Source: Bacilli bacterium (GTDB lineage: Bacteria; Bacillota_I; Bacilli_A; RFN20; CAG-826). Taken from it: a DNA stretch of 52,976 bases. The number at the start of each line of letters is the position of its first letter. Within the stretch, counting starts at the first letter, position 1. Shown one piece after another: positions 37,724 through 47,031 of the stretch. The notes below the pieces were generated by a model, which worked only from the letters and a program-made list of their open reading frames with translations, ran no database searches and was not told the origin of the DNA. The position numbers and the translations under genes are program-made. The stretch covers positions 1 through 52,976 of the forward strand of contig JBNMLE010000003.1 in the NCBI GenBank assembly GCA_050874705.1, read 5' to 3'.

Positions 37724-39265
37724 ATGATGAAAATTAAGAAAATTTTACTTCCCCTAATAATACTTCCTTTTATAAGTGGGTGTGGTGAGAACGAAGGAAC
37801 TAATATTCCAATTGAAGATTATCTTCCAAATCTTCCTGAAATTAAAAATAAAAACGAAGGTGCAATTAAGGAAGATGAAAATTTTGTTTATTTTGATTTC
37901 TATGAAATAAGCGATTTTCATGGTGCTGTAGAATATAACAAAGATGATGATCATATTGGAATTGAAAAATTATCAACTTATTTTGACCAAAAACGCGCGA
38001 ATAATCCTGGTGGAACAGTTCTTCTTTCAGGAGGAGATATGTGGCAAGGAACCGCTGATTCAAATGTAACAAAAGGGAATTTAGTAACATATTCAATGAA
38101 TGTTATGAATTTTGATGCAATGACACTTGGAAATCATGAATATGACTGGACAGATGCATTTATCAAAAACAATAAAGAAAAAGCTAATTTTCCATTTTTA
38201 GCCGCTAATATTATTGAAGATAGTACAGGAAAGAATCCTGATTATGTTCAAACTTCAACTATTCTTAATAGAGGTGACTATAAAATTGGTGTTATTGGCA
38301 CAATTGGAGATTCTATTAAAAATACAATTCTCGCTTCCTCAGTTGAAGGATTAACATTCGAAAAAGAAGTAACGGTTGTTAAATCTGAGGTTAAAAAGCT
38401 TGAAGAAGAAGGCTGCGATATTATTGTTTGGTCATCACATAATGATTTAAAAGAATTAAAAACAAAAATTAATGGCGAAACAGATTTAGGCGTTGACCTT
38501 ATTTTCGGTGGCCATAGCCACACAAATCTTGTTGATGAGTCAAATGGTATTCCTATGATTGAAACAGCATCAAAAGCTGAAGGTATTGCTCATTGTCAAT
38601 TAAAACTAAATAAAGAAACTAAGGAAGTTAGTTTTGTCGAAGGATATGGTTATGAAACTAATTTAACTGATAAAGAATTTGCTAACGATCCTGATATCAC
38701 AATGATTTATGATCAATATAAAAAAGATTATATCAATCCAATTAAGAATAGAAAAATAGCTAAAGCAAATGGCGATTTTGATAAAAAAATTAGATTGCCG
38801 AACTTAGCTGTTGAAGCAATGTATAACACTGTTAAGAAAGACTATCCAAATGTTCGTGCAGCATTTACAAATATTAATGGTGGCGTTCGTCAAGATATTA
38901 AAAGTGGCACTGTTACATATGGAAATATATATGAAGCATTCCCATTTGATAATGAACTTGTGATTATTGAAATTAATGGAAAAGCAATGAAAAAGAATGT
39001 CACTAATCCACCAAGCAATGCCGCAATATATCAAGATGTTTTAGTGGCGGCAAATTTAAGTAGCAGTGAAAAATATCAATTTGTTACAACTGAATTCTTA
39101 GCCACATCATCTGATTTCTTCCTTGGAAGTGGTGAAGTTATTGCTTATACAAAGATTAATTTGCGTGATTGCATAAGCGATTATATGCAAGAGAAGAAAA
39201 CTTTAAGGGCAGATGATTATAAATCAAATGCTAAAAAGGAATTCAATAACGCTGAATCATTCTAA
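37724..39265 (+). CDS. 5'-nucleotidase family lipoprotein
   Basis: ISGC lipobox, SDFHG, GGD, GNHEYD, GGHSH, NGGVR, PFDN. Confidence 0.88.
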   Translation: MMKIKKILLPLIILPFISGCGENEGTNIPIEDYLPNLPEIKNKNEGAIKEDENFVYFDFYEISDFHGAVEYNKDDDHIGIEKLSTYFDQKRANNPGGTVLLSGGDMWQGTADSNVTKGNLVTYSMNVMNFDAMTLGNHEYDWTDAFIKNNKEKANFPFLAANIIEDSTGKNPDYVQTSTILNRGDYKIGVIGTIGDSIKNTILASSVEGLTFEKEVTVVKSEVKKLEEEGCDIIVWSSHNDLKELKTKINGETDLGVDLIFGGHSHTNLVDESNGIPMIETASKAEGIAHCQLKLNKETKEVSFVEGYGYETNLTDKEFANDPDITMIYDQYKKDYINPIKNRKIAKANGDFDKKIRLPNLAVEAMYNTVKKDYPNVRAAFTNINGGVRQDIKSGTVTYGNIYEAFPFDNELVIIEINGKAMKKNVTNPPSNAAIYQDVLVAANLSSSEKYQFVTTEFLATSSDFFLGSGEVIAYTKINLRDCISDYMQEKKTLRADDYKSNAKKEFNNAESF

Positions 39266-39282
39266 GAATCTTATATTTCATA

Positions 39283-39308
39283 AAAATAACGGCACCAGCC
39301 GTTATTTT
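39283..39308. terminator. Bidirectional terminator
   Basis: AAAATAACGGC-ACCA-GCCGTTATTTT between convergent genes. Confidence 0.8.
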
Positions 39309-39314
39309 CATTAA

Positions 39315-39566
39315 TTATTTGTTTGGCATTTCACTTGCAAGCTTAACGCCTAATACACCTGGAACCTCGTCCATTAATATGATTTCAATGCCTTCAGATA
39401 ATGTGTTATCTATTAATGAGCATCCATCACATGCGCCAAGCATTTTGACATAGACAATTCCATCGATGAAGTCGACAAATTCAATATCTCCTCCATCTCG
39501 GTTTATAAATGGTCTAATCTTTTCAAGTGTTTGAACAATTAATTCTTTTGTTTCTTTTTCGTCCAT
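39315..39566 (-). CDS. NifU-like (Nfu) Fe-S carrier
   Basis: IRPFINRDGGD, GACDGC; ATG at 39566 (ORF from TTG 39572). Confidence 0.9.
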   Translation of the reverse strand: MDEKETKELIVQTLEKIRPFINRDGGDIEFVDFIDGIVYVKMLGACDGCSLIDNTLSEGIEIILMDEVPGVLGVKLASEMPNK

Positions 39567-39622
39567 AGACAAGATTATAACGCAGTTATATTTCTTTGCA
39601 AGTTTTGTGTTAAACTATTTTT

Positions 39623-40021
39623 ATGGTAATTAAAAGAAAAGACATATTTGATATAAATCTAACTCATTATAAAATACTTCTTACTTTGAATGAATTAAAC
39701 AAAAGAAATAAATACCCTTCACCAAAAGGAATTAATTTCATTTTACAAGGAATCGACAATGAAGATACTTCTGGATTAGATGATATTATAACTTTTGGCA
39801 CATTGATTTCTTTATCTAATAAAAGGATAAGTTTTCTTGTTTTAACTCTTTTTAGACATGGCTTAATTAAAAATATATATAGTGATAAATATGATCAAAG
39901 CTATTTAACTATCACAAGCAAAGGTCAATCATTCATAGAGGATTACCAAATAAAACATAAAATAGTTTTTAAGAAGAAAATTAAAAAAGAAATTTCAAAA
40001 AAAGAAATAGTGGAATTATAG
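39623..40021 (+). CDS. Standalone RQC-like winged-helix protein
   Basis: ILQG...FGTL...GLI...YLTITSKG pattern resembling the RecQ C-terminal domain; basic tail. Confidence 0.6.
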   Translation: MVIKRKDIFDINLTHYKILLTLNELNKRNKYPSPKGINFILQGIDNEDTSGLDDIITFGTLISLSNKRISFLVLTLFRHGLIKNIYSDKYDQSYLTITSKGQSFIEDYQIKHKIVFKKKIKKEISKKEIVEL

Positions 40022-40031
40022 ATATAAAAAA

Positions 40032-40051
40032 AGTTAGCCGATTGGCTAACT
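40032..40051. terminator. Bidirectional terminator
   Basis: AGTTAGCC-GATT-GGCTAACT flanked by A and T runs. Confidence 0.75.
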
Positions 40052-40565
40052 ATTTTTGTTTATTTGATTTTAAGTAACTATATTCTTTTTTAGCGTTAAT
40101 GACTTTAGATTGTTCTTTAACGTTGAAGGCGCCTAAGATAATTAAGGCTGCTCCGAAGAAGAGAAGCAATGCGCCTACAAGGTAAGGAACAAAATTTAAT
40201 TCTCCGCGACCATTATACACAACATTTATTGTCAAATTCATTGACATGAACATTGCTCCAGCAAGTAATGTAAATGCTCCACCAACAATTGGAAGCACTG
40301 GACTCTTGCGTGAAGGAATAAGCGAAGCTAATGCAAATAGAATGAATATAAGACCAAGAATTCCTGCAACACTAGCACGTGAACCTGGATTATTATCTGC
40401 TAAATAATTAATACCATCGATGTTAGAGAAATGAAATATAACTTCATATCCATTGTATCCTTGCCCTTTAATCGTGGCGAATTGACCAGGAATAATAAGT
40501 AAGATGCAAGACACAACAAGGACGGCAATAGTGATGATAGAGGTTAGGAATACTCTCTTTTTCAT
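40050..40565 (-). CDS. Hypothetical membrane protein (about 4 TM)
   Basis: Hydrophobic segments; purine-rich RBS. Confidence 0.75.
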   Translation of the reverse strand: MKKRVFLTSIITIAVLVVSCILLIIPGQFATIKGQGYNGYEVIFHFSNIDGINYLADNNPGSRASVAGILGLIFILFALASLIPSRKSPVLPIVGGAFTLLAGAMFMSMNLTINVVYNGRGELNFVPYLVGALLLFFGAALIILGAFNVKEQSKVINAKKEYSYLKSNKQK

Positions 40566-40587
40566 TTTCTATCCCCTTTCCAATGTT

Positions 40588-40661
40588 CGGCTGGGGCGAC
40601 TGGGTTCGAAACAGTGCTCATGGGTTCAGAGCCCACTGCCTTACCACTTGGCTACGCCCCA
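40588..40661 (-). tRNA. tRNA-Gln(CTG), degenerate (possible pseudogene)
   Basis: Cloverleaf TGGGGCG/CGCCCCA, anticodon loop CTCTGAA; T53:C61 mismatch; ends GCCG rather than CCA. Confidence 0.8.
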
Positions 40662-40687
40662 AAATAAAAGGCGGCGTTATTGGTAAA

Positions 40688-40776
40688 TGGTGCCCGGGAC
40701 AGGACTTGAACCGGTATGGGATTTGATTCCCGAGGGATTTTAAGTCCCTTGCGTCTACCAATTTCGCCACCTGGGC
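40688..40776 (-). tRNA. tRNA-Leu(TAA)
   Basis: Long variable arm, loop CTTAAAA, ACCA end; two stem mismatches. Confidence 0.92.
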
Positions 40777-40784
40777 ATTTAAGA

Positions 40785-40861
40785 TGGTCTCCCGTAGACG
40801 ATTTGAACGTCCGACCCCTTGATTAAAAGTCGAGTGCTCTAGCCAGCTGAGCTAACGGGAG
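40785..40861 (-). tRNA. tRNA-Lys(TTT)
   Basis: Acceptor CTCCCGT/ACGGGAG, loop CTTTTAA, ACCA end. Confidence 0.92.
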
Positions 40862-40982
40862 ATCTTACAATTCAATTTGAATTGCTTTGATATTATTACA
40901 CATTGTAAATGCATTTGCTACTATTTTTTTAAAAAATATTAAAATATTGTATTATCATCATAAATTCATTATTTATTTTAAT

Positions 40983-41005
40983 AAAAATAAAACGCCCGAA
41001 GGCGT
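40983..41005 (-). terminator. Terminator of tRNA Val-Tyr-Gln operon
   Basis: ACGCC-TTCG-GGCGT-TTTATTTTT on the minus strand. Confidence 0.75.
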
Positions 41006-41018
41006 AAATATTTCGAGT

Positions 41019-41094
41019 TGGTTGGGGTGGCTGGGATCGAACCAGCGAAGTGACAGAGTCAAAGTCTGTTGCCTTACCGCTTGGCTACACCCCA
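41019..41094 (-). tRNA. tRNA-Gln(TTG)
   Basis: TGGGGTG/CACCCCA, loop CTTTGAC, CCA end. Confidence 0.96.
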
Positions 41095-41098
41095 AGAG

Positions 41099-41182
41099 TG
41101 GTGGAGAAAGGTGGATTTGAACCACCGAACCCGAAGGAACTGATTTACAGTCAGCCGCGTTTGGCCACTTCGCTATTTCTCC
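41099..41182 (-). tRNA. tRNA-Tyr(GTA)
   Basis: Loop CTGTAAA, long variable arm, CCA end. Confidence 0.97.
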
Positions 41183-41203
41183 AAGACTTAGCACACATAT
41201 TAA

Positions 41204-41279
41204 TGGTGGATGTTAAGAGGCTCGAACTCCTGACCCCCGCCGTGTAAAGGCGATGCTCTCCCAACTGAGCTAAACATCC
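41204..41279 (-). tRNA. tRNA-Val(TAC)
   Basis: GGATGTT/AACATCC, loop TTTACAC, CCA end. Confidence 0.97.
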
Positions 41280-41308
41280 GCTTCACACTAAATAAAGCGT
41301 GCTAAATT

Positions 41309-41338
41309 AATATATCATTTTAGATATTAATAAGTCAA
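41309..41338 (-). promoter_or_regulatory. Sigma-A promoter of tRNA operon
   Basis: TTGACT-18 nt-TATATT with TGn extension. Confidence 0.6.
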
Positions 41339-41353
41339 CGCAAAAATTGACTT

Positions 41354-42631
41354 TTAATAACCTTCTTTTCCAAGTAGATGGAACATGTTTTTCTTATAGA
41401 CTTCAACGCCAGGTTGATTAAATGGATTTACATCTAATAAATACGCGCTCATCGCACATGTTTTCATGAAGAAATAGAACAAGTATCCAAGGTTATATGC
41501 ATCTAATTTTTCAACATTGAGTATCACATTTGGTACTTTACCAACTTCAGTGTGAGCCTTTAAGGTACCTAAGAATGCTTTTTCATTGACAAATTTCATA
41601 TCCTTGTTTTGAAGATAATTTAATCCATCAAGATTTTCTTTATCAAATGGAACGACTACTTGGTGATTTGGGTTTTCGATATAAAGAATTGTTTCAAATA
41701 AAACTTTTGATCCTTCTTGAACAAATTGTCCTAATGAATGGAGGTCTGTTGAAAATGTTGCTGAATCAGGAAGAAGTCCTTTTCCTTCTTTTCCTTCACT
41801 TTCACCAAATAATTGTTTAAACCATTCACTTAATTGAGTTAAACGTGGTTCATAAGTAACAAACATTTCGACCTGTTTATTATGATTAAAGAAATAATCA
41901 CGAATAACAGCATATTTATAGGCATTATTTTCATTAATATTTGGGTTTCTTAATTCAACCATTGCATCATGAGCGCCTTTTAAAAGTGAATCAATGTCAA
42001 TATTAGCAACCGCCATTGGGAATAATCCGACAGCAGTGAAAACACTATAACGCCCACCGATATTGCTTGGGAGGACAAATGTTTGATAGCCTTCTTTTGT
42101 AGCTAATGTTTTAAGAGCGCCTTTTTCTTTATCAGTTGTTGCAAAAATTGCTTTTCTTGCTTCTTCTTTACCAACTTGTTTTTCAAGTAAATCTTTTAAT
42201 AATCTAAAAGATATTGCTGTTTCAGTTGTTGTTCCACTTTTTGAAATTACATTAATGGCGAATTTTTTATCTTTAAGATAATTTAGTGTGTCATATATGT
42301 AATCTGATGAGAATGTTTGACCAAGGAAAATAATTTCAGGTTTTCCTCTTGTTAATCCGTTTAATGCTTCAATAGCTGCTCTTGCACCTAAATATGAACC
42401 ACCAATTCCACAAACAACAAGAATATCAAAATTATCTCTTACGTATTTTGCGGATTTCTTAATTTGTTCAAATTCGACTTTGTCATAAGTGTCAGGATAA
42501 TTTAACCAACCAAGAAAATCATTTCCAGGTCCTGTTTTTTCATCGATCATTTTGTTGATTTGACTGACTTTTTCTTGATAAGAATTGTAGTCGATTTTGT
42601 TTAAAATGTGTTCATCATTAACTTTAACCAT
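41354..42631 (-). CDS. pgi: Glucose-6-phosphate isomerase
   Basis: GIGGSYLG, ISKSGTTTE, GGRYSV, QLFGESEGK, NPFNQPGVE. Confidence 0.97.
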   Translation of the reverse strand: MVKVNDEHILNKIDYNSYQEKVSQINKMIDEKTGPGNDFLGWLNYPDTYDKVEFEQIKKSAKYVRDNFDILVVCGIGGSYLGARAAIEALNGLTRGKPEIIFLGQTFSSDYIYDTLNYLKDKKFAINVISKSGTTTETAISFRLLKDLLEKQVGKEEARKAIFATTDKEKGALKTLATKEGYQTFVLPSNIGGRYSVFTAVGLFPMAVANIDIDSLLKGAHDAMVELRNPNINENNAYKYAVIRDYFFNHNKQVEMFVTYEPRLTQLSEWFKQLFGESEGKEGKGLLPDSATFSTDLHSLGQFVQEGSKVLFETILYIENPNHQVVVPFDKENLDGLNYLQNKDMKFVNEKAFLGTLKAHTEVGKVPNVILNVEKLDAYNLGYLFYFFMKTCAMSAYLLDVNPFNQPGVEVYKKNMFHLLGKEGY

Positions 42632-42989
42632 TTTGTTTTTCTTCCTTCTTTACCCATTCTGGTAATTTTTCTTTTAAAGCTTCGAAATCAATATATTGTT
42701 TATCGACTGGAACTTTTCTTGCACTTTGATTATGATATAAATCTTTTTCTTCTTGACTAATTTTGTTCATTGATACTTTTAAAAAACCATCATCCGCTAT
42801 TTCGATAACTTTTACATGATATGTTTTTCCAATGAGAAGATAACGAGAAATATTCCTAATAAAAGTATTAGCGATTTCTGAAATATGAAGAAGACCTTTT
42901 CTTCCATCTTCGAAAATCATAATAGCCCCAAAAGGACGTATTGATATGACTGTTCCTTCGATTATATCGTTGATTTTGTATTCATTCAT
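42624..42989 (-). CDS. S1-domain RNA-binding protein (YugI/Gsp13/CvfD-like)
   Basis: GTVISIRPFGA, GLLHISE, C-terminal LKEKLPEW. Confidence 0.85.
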   Translation of the reverse strand: MNEYKINDIIEGTVISIRPFGAIMIFEDGRKGLLHISEIANTFIRNISRYLLIGKTYHVKVIEIADDGFLKVSMNKISQEEKDLYHNQSARKVPVDKQYIDFEALKEKLPEWVKKEEKQNG

Positions 42990-43656
42990 TTTTTAACATC
43001 GCCTTAAGATAATTAATATCTTCAACAGTAGTTATTTTATAAAGTTTTTTATTTCCTTCAACTATTTTTATTTTTTCTTTTGATTTTAGTAGTAGTTGAG
43101 TATCGTCACTTGCTAAATGATTTTTCACATTATGATTATCAAAAATAGTTTTAAATTTAAACGCTTGTGGAGTTTGGATGCGCACATATTCATTTCTATT
43201 TGGAACATCCACAATGACATCATTTTCAATTTTTGCAATTGTATCTTCTAAATTAATGGCCAACGTTGCTGCATTATATGTTTTTAATGCTTCCAATAAG
43301 TCAACAATATTTTTTTCTTCAACAAGTGGCCTTGCTCCATCATGAATTAAAATATTATCGTTATCATCAGCTAAATTATTTGCTTTTAAAAACTTAAGAG
43401 CGTTATCTACGGAATCGAATCTTTGCTCTCCATTATCCACAAAATAATATTCTTTATTCTCTAGATATTTTTTGAAAATATCTTGATGATTTTTGTTTGT
43501 AACAATGATTATTAAATCGATATTTTTTGAGTTTATGAATGGTTGTAATGAATAAAAACAAAGAGGTTTATCATTAACAATATAAAATTGTTTTAAAACA
43601 TCATTTTTAAATCTTGTTGAATTACCACCAAAGAGGATTATTGCAATGTTTTTCAT
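42982..43656 (-). CDS. ispD: IspD/TarI family cytidylyltransferase
   Basis: GGNSTRF..KQF, IHDGARP, QTPQAF, KITT.ED; ispF present in window. Confidence 0.75.
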   Translation of the reverse strand: MKNIAIILFGGNSTRFKNDVLKQFYIVNDKPLCFYSLQPFINSKNIDLIIIVTNKNHQDIFKKYLENKEYYFVDNGEQRFDSVDNALKFLKANNLADDNDNILIHDGARPLVEEKNIVDLLEALKTYNAATLAINLEDTIAKIENDVIVDVPNRNEYVRIQTPQAFKFKTIFDNHNVKNHLASDDTQLLLKSKEKIKIVEGNKKLYKITTVEDINYLKAMLKNE

Positions 43657-44519
43657 TATTTACGAGAATATTTTTCTCCACGCATTTCTTTTTTGAGGAG
43701 TTGCTCTTCTTTTCGTTTGATTTGGTGTTCAACTGAAATCTTATCGATAATTAATTTGATTGTTTGATCTACGTCAGAAAATTCACGATAATCAGCTTCG
43801 CATGCAAAATTAACACGACCACCTTTTAAAAGAGATGAAACAGTGGATTGATCTTTTTTATTATAAATAGCAATAGCGTTACCGCCATTTTGTTTAACAA
43901 GAACCATGCAAGGAACATCAGTCATTCCATCACCAAGATAGACCATATTTTCATATGGAATTCTTCTCGATGTTGTTTTGTTATTAACTGAATCATCTTT
44001 TATGTTTGTTATACCTTTTGAAATTCTAAAGAAATATTGTGTTTTTTGCGTATAATTAATTGCGAATTTTGGCCAAACAGGAAGTTTTGTTTCAGGGTCA
44101 TAATAAAATTCACAGCCATAAATCTTTTTAAATTCTTTTGCGATAGTGGTGCCATCAACAATTTCTTTTGTACCACTTGAAATTAGGTAATGTTCGATTT
44201 TAACGCCTTTTTCTTTTCCGTATTCATTTATTCGTTTGAACCAAGTTTCAACGCCTGGATAATAGACAACTTCTTTGCCAAGTGAATTAAGCCATTTTTG
44301 TGTGCATTGAATTCCTTTTTGCTTTGATAAATAAATCATCATCCACATGTAAGAAAGAATTCTTTCTGTTCCAGTTTTCTTTGAAAATTCACCAGTTGCA
44401 CCCCAAAATTCTTCTGGTGTCATTCCGAGTGCTGGAATAAATCCATAGTTTTGCATATCGGTTGTAGACAATGTTTTGTCAAAGTCATACATAATTGCCA
44501 TTATTGGTTTTTTAATCAT
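43656..44519 (-). CDS. HAD-family hydrolase
   Basis: YDFDKTL, ISSG, YLGDGMTDVP; ATG 44519 follows GAGG RBS. Confidence 0.85.
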   Translation of the reverse strand: MIKKPIMAIMYDFDKTLSTTDMQNYGFIPALGMTPEEFWGATGEFSKKTGTERILSYMWMMIYLSKQKGIQCTQKWLNSLGKEVVYYPGVETWFKRINEYGKEKGVKIEHYLISSGTKEIVDGTTIAKEFKKIYGCEFYYDPETKLPVWPKFAINYTQKTQYFFRISKGITNIKDDSVNNKTTSRRIPYENMVYLGDGMTDVPCMVLVKQNGGNAIAIYNKKDQSTVSSLLKGGRVNFACEADYREFSDVDQTIKLIIDKISVEHQIKRKEEQLLKKEMRGEKYSRK

Positions 44520-44629
44520 ATTTTTACCTCTCGTAAAGATTAACATTGTTGCGATAATAAGTCAATTTTTGTAAAAATTGGCTTTATAATAAATGTTTAC
44601 ATATTTTTTATTTTTGGTATTATCAAGTT

Positions 44630-45202
44630 ATGATTTCATTGGTATATGATTCGTTAGAAACAAATATTATGCCTCAATGGTTATTTATAACTTTAATTGT
44701 TATTGGAGTTATTATCGGCTTATGGTTGATTTTATTTTTGATGTGCATTTCTTTCGCGATTGTTTTTAAAAAGAAAATTAGAAGTATTTCATCAACTATT
44801 AATATGCTTATGTATCAGCGATATGAAATTGTTCAATCTTTAATTAAAATTTTGAAAAAGCACAACATTGAAATTTCCTTAAACGATGAAAACGCAATTT
44901 CTATGCTTGAAAGAGTGCATGATTTTCAAACACTTCCAAAAAATGATCGCGATAATAGAGTCCTTTCATTTGTTCATTCATCACATAATATTTTGTCATT
45001 ATGTGAATCATCTTCTGAAGTAGTGAATGATGATGAATATGTAAATAAATTGGTTAATTTCAACGATATTGAAGAAACATATAGACAAAAGAGTGCATTA
45101 TATAATTCCGATGTTATCGGATATAATTATTGGGTTAATGTAAAACTTGTTAAAAGTTTATTAAGACTTTTTAGATTTAAACCAAAAGATTTAATTGTTT
45201 AA
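44630..45202 (+). CDS. Membrane-anchored LemA-like protein
   Basis: N-terminal TM, helical body, YNSDVIGYN motif. Confidence 0.55.
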   Translation: MISLVYDSLETNIMPQWLFITLIVIGVIIGLWLILFLMCISFAIVFKKKIRSISSTINMLMYQRYEIVQSLIKILKKHNIEISLNDENAISMLERVHDFQTLPKNDRDNRVLSFVHSSHNILSLCESSSEVVNDDEYVNKLVNFNDIEETYRQKSALYNSDVIGYNYWVNVKLVKSLLRLFRFKPKDLIV

Positions 45203-45267
45203 AAATTGTCCAATTACGTCTATTTAATTTATTCACCAAAAAAGTGGTGATTTTTTTAAAAGAAAAT

Positions 45268-45296
45268 AAAAAACTTTGACGCTTTCGCATCAAAGT
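45268..45296 (-). terminator. Terminator after tRNA-Leu(GAG)
   Basis: ACTTTGATGC-GAAA-GCGTCAAAGT-TTTTT on the minus strand. Confidence 0.75.
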
Positions 45297-45308
45297 AATT
45301 AGTAATTT

Positions 45309-45393
45309 TGGTGCAGCGAATGAGAATCGAACTCACACGGATTGCTCCATACGCCCCTCAAACGTACGCGTCTACCAGTTCCGCCATCGCTGC
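45309..45393 (-). tRNA. tRNA-Leu(GAG)
   Basis: GCAGCGA/TCGCTGC, loop TTGAGGG, long variable arm, CCA end. Confidence 0.95.
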
Positions 45394-45446
45394 ATCGATA
45401 ACGCTTATTAACTATACACTTTTGTTTAACTCTTAACAAGTTATTT

Positions 45447-46925
45447 TTATAAAAGCCAACTTGAGAAGGCAAAAGACGCTATTCCAAAATATGTTAATAA
45501 ACTAATAACATCAACAATTGTTGTTAAAAGTGGTTGAGCAACAACAGCTGGATCTTTTTTAATTGCGGCAACACCAATTGGAAGCATAACCGCAACAATT
45601 TTTGAAATAAAAGTTGTAAGGAATAATGTTCCAGATACAATAAATGAAACTTTTAATGCAACTTCCGCAAATTCAAGTGTCCAACAATTTCCGTGCCAAA
45701 TATTTACATTCGTGAAATTAAATATTGCATTATCTCCTTCAACAGCACTTAAATCTCCAAGTGAAACAATTCCTGCATATTGCTCAAATGTAAACCAAAT
45801 AAATGCAAAGACAGCAACACAAGCACTAATCAATAATGCTGATAAAACTTCTTTTCCAAAAACTTTCCAAAAATCTTTTGGTTCAAATTCTTTTGTGGCA
45901 AGACCACGGATCATAAGAGCAATTGTTTGTCCTCCAGCATTTCCTCCTGTATCCATTAATACTGGTATGAAAGCCGCTAAAACAGGGACAATGGCGAGTT
46001 TGTCTTGGAATATAGAAAGAACCATCGATGAGAATGTTCCAAGAACGAGAAGAATTACAATCCAAGGTACACATTTTTTAGCCATTTGAAAAACAGAAGT
46101 TTCCAAATAAGAATTTTCAAGTGGTGCAACGTGAGATAAACTTTGAACGTCTTCGTTAGCTTCTTGTTCGATAACATCGACGATATCATCGACTGTAATT
46201 AAACCGACAAGTCGTTTTTCATTATTTAAAACAGCAATTGCGTTTAAGTCATATCTTTTAATTAAGTTGGCAACTTCTTCTTGGTCAGTGTTGACATTAA
46301 CTGTTACAAAGTCACGATTCATTATTTCTGTAAGTTGAGTATCGCCTTTTGCAAAAATTAAATCATCTAAGTCAAGAGTTCCGACAAGATTTCTTTTATT
46401 ATCAATAATAAATAATGTATAAATTGTTTCTTTTGTTTTTCCAACTGTTCTAATTTGAGAAATAGCTTCATCAGCGGTTAAAGTAGATATAAGAACAAGA
46501 AATTCAGTGGTCATAATTGAACCCGCTGAATCATCTTTATAATTTAACAATCTATTAATAGTTGCGCGTCTTTCTTTCGATACATTTTTCAAAACACGTG
46601 TAACTAAATTTGCAGGTAAGTCTTCAAGGTCATCGACAAGGTCATCGGTAAATTGTTTGTCTAAAATTGTAGCAAGCTCAGCATCGCTCATTACATGAAT
46701 TAGTTTTTCTTTTGTCTCAGGTGAAAGTTCAGTGAAAAAATCCGCAGTATATTCACTTTTAACAACTTTAAAAATAAAAACTAATTTCGTTGTATCTTCT
46801 ATATCATCACAAGCTTCAGATATGTCGATAGTGGGAATAAGCTCAAAAAGTTGGCGAATACCAACAATATCATGGCTATCAATTAAGTCTTCAATTTGTT
46901 TTGTTGATATTAATTCATTCTCCAT
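45447..46925 (-). CDS. mgtE: Magnesium transporter MgtE
   Basis: SAGSIMTTE CBS pair, GGNAGGQ, DPAVVAQPLLTTIVD. Confidence 0.95.
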   Translation of the reverse strand: MENELISTKQIEDLIDSHDIVGIRQLFELIPTIDISEACDDIEDTTKLVFIFKVVKSEYTADFFTELSPETKEKLIHVMSDAELATILDKQFTDDLVDDLEDLPANLVTRVLKNVSKERRATINRLLNYKDDSAGSIMTTEFLVLISTLTADEAISQIRTVGKTKETIYTLFIIDNKRNLVGTLDLDDLIFAKGDTQLTEIMNRDFVTVNVNTDQEEVANLIKRYDLNAIAVLNNEKRLVGLITVDDIVDVIEQEANEDVQSLSHVAPLENSYLETSVFQMAKKCVPWIVILLVLGTFSSMVLSIFQDKLAIVPVLAAFIPVLMDTGGNAGGQTIALMIRGLATKEFEPKDFWKVFGKEVLSALLISACVAVFAFIWFTFEQYAGIVSLGDLSAVEGDNAIFNFTNVNIWHGNCWTLEFAEVALKVSFIVSGTLFLTTFISKIVAVMLPIGVAAIKKDPAVVAQPLLTTIVDVISLLTYFGIASFAFSSWLL

Positions 46926-47031
46926 TTTTATTCCCTCCTTTATTGAGTTTACTCACTTTATTAAAATAAAGAAAGAAAAATTTTTGTTTCTATTTTTATG
47001 TGCTAAAATACCAGTGTTGGAGGTTTTACTG

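Noticed and set aside
40504-41247. Short ORFs over the tRNA cluster
   Set aside because: Explained by tRNA genes and AT-rich spacer
46732-47031. 100-aa N-terminal extension of PduL
   Set aside because: Antisense to mgtE; the real start at 47032 has an RBS and extended -10
46926-47031. M-box riboswitch upstream of mgtE
   Set aside because: Intergenic region is too short and lacks the motif
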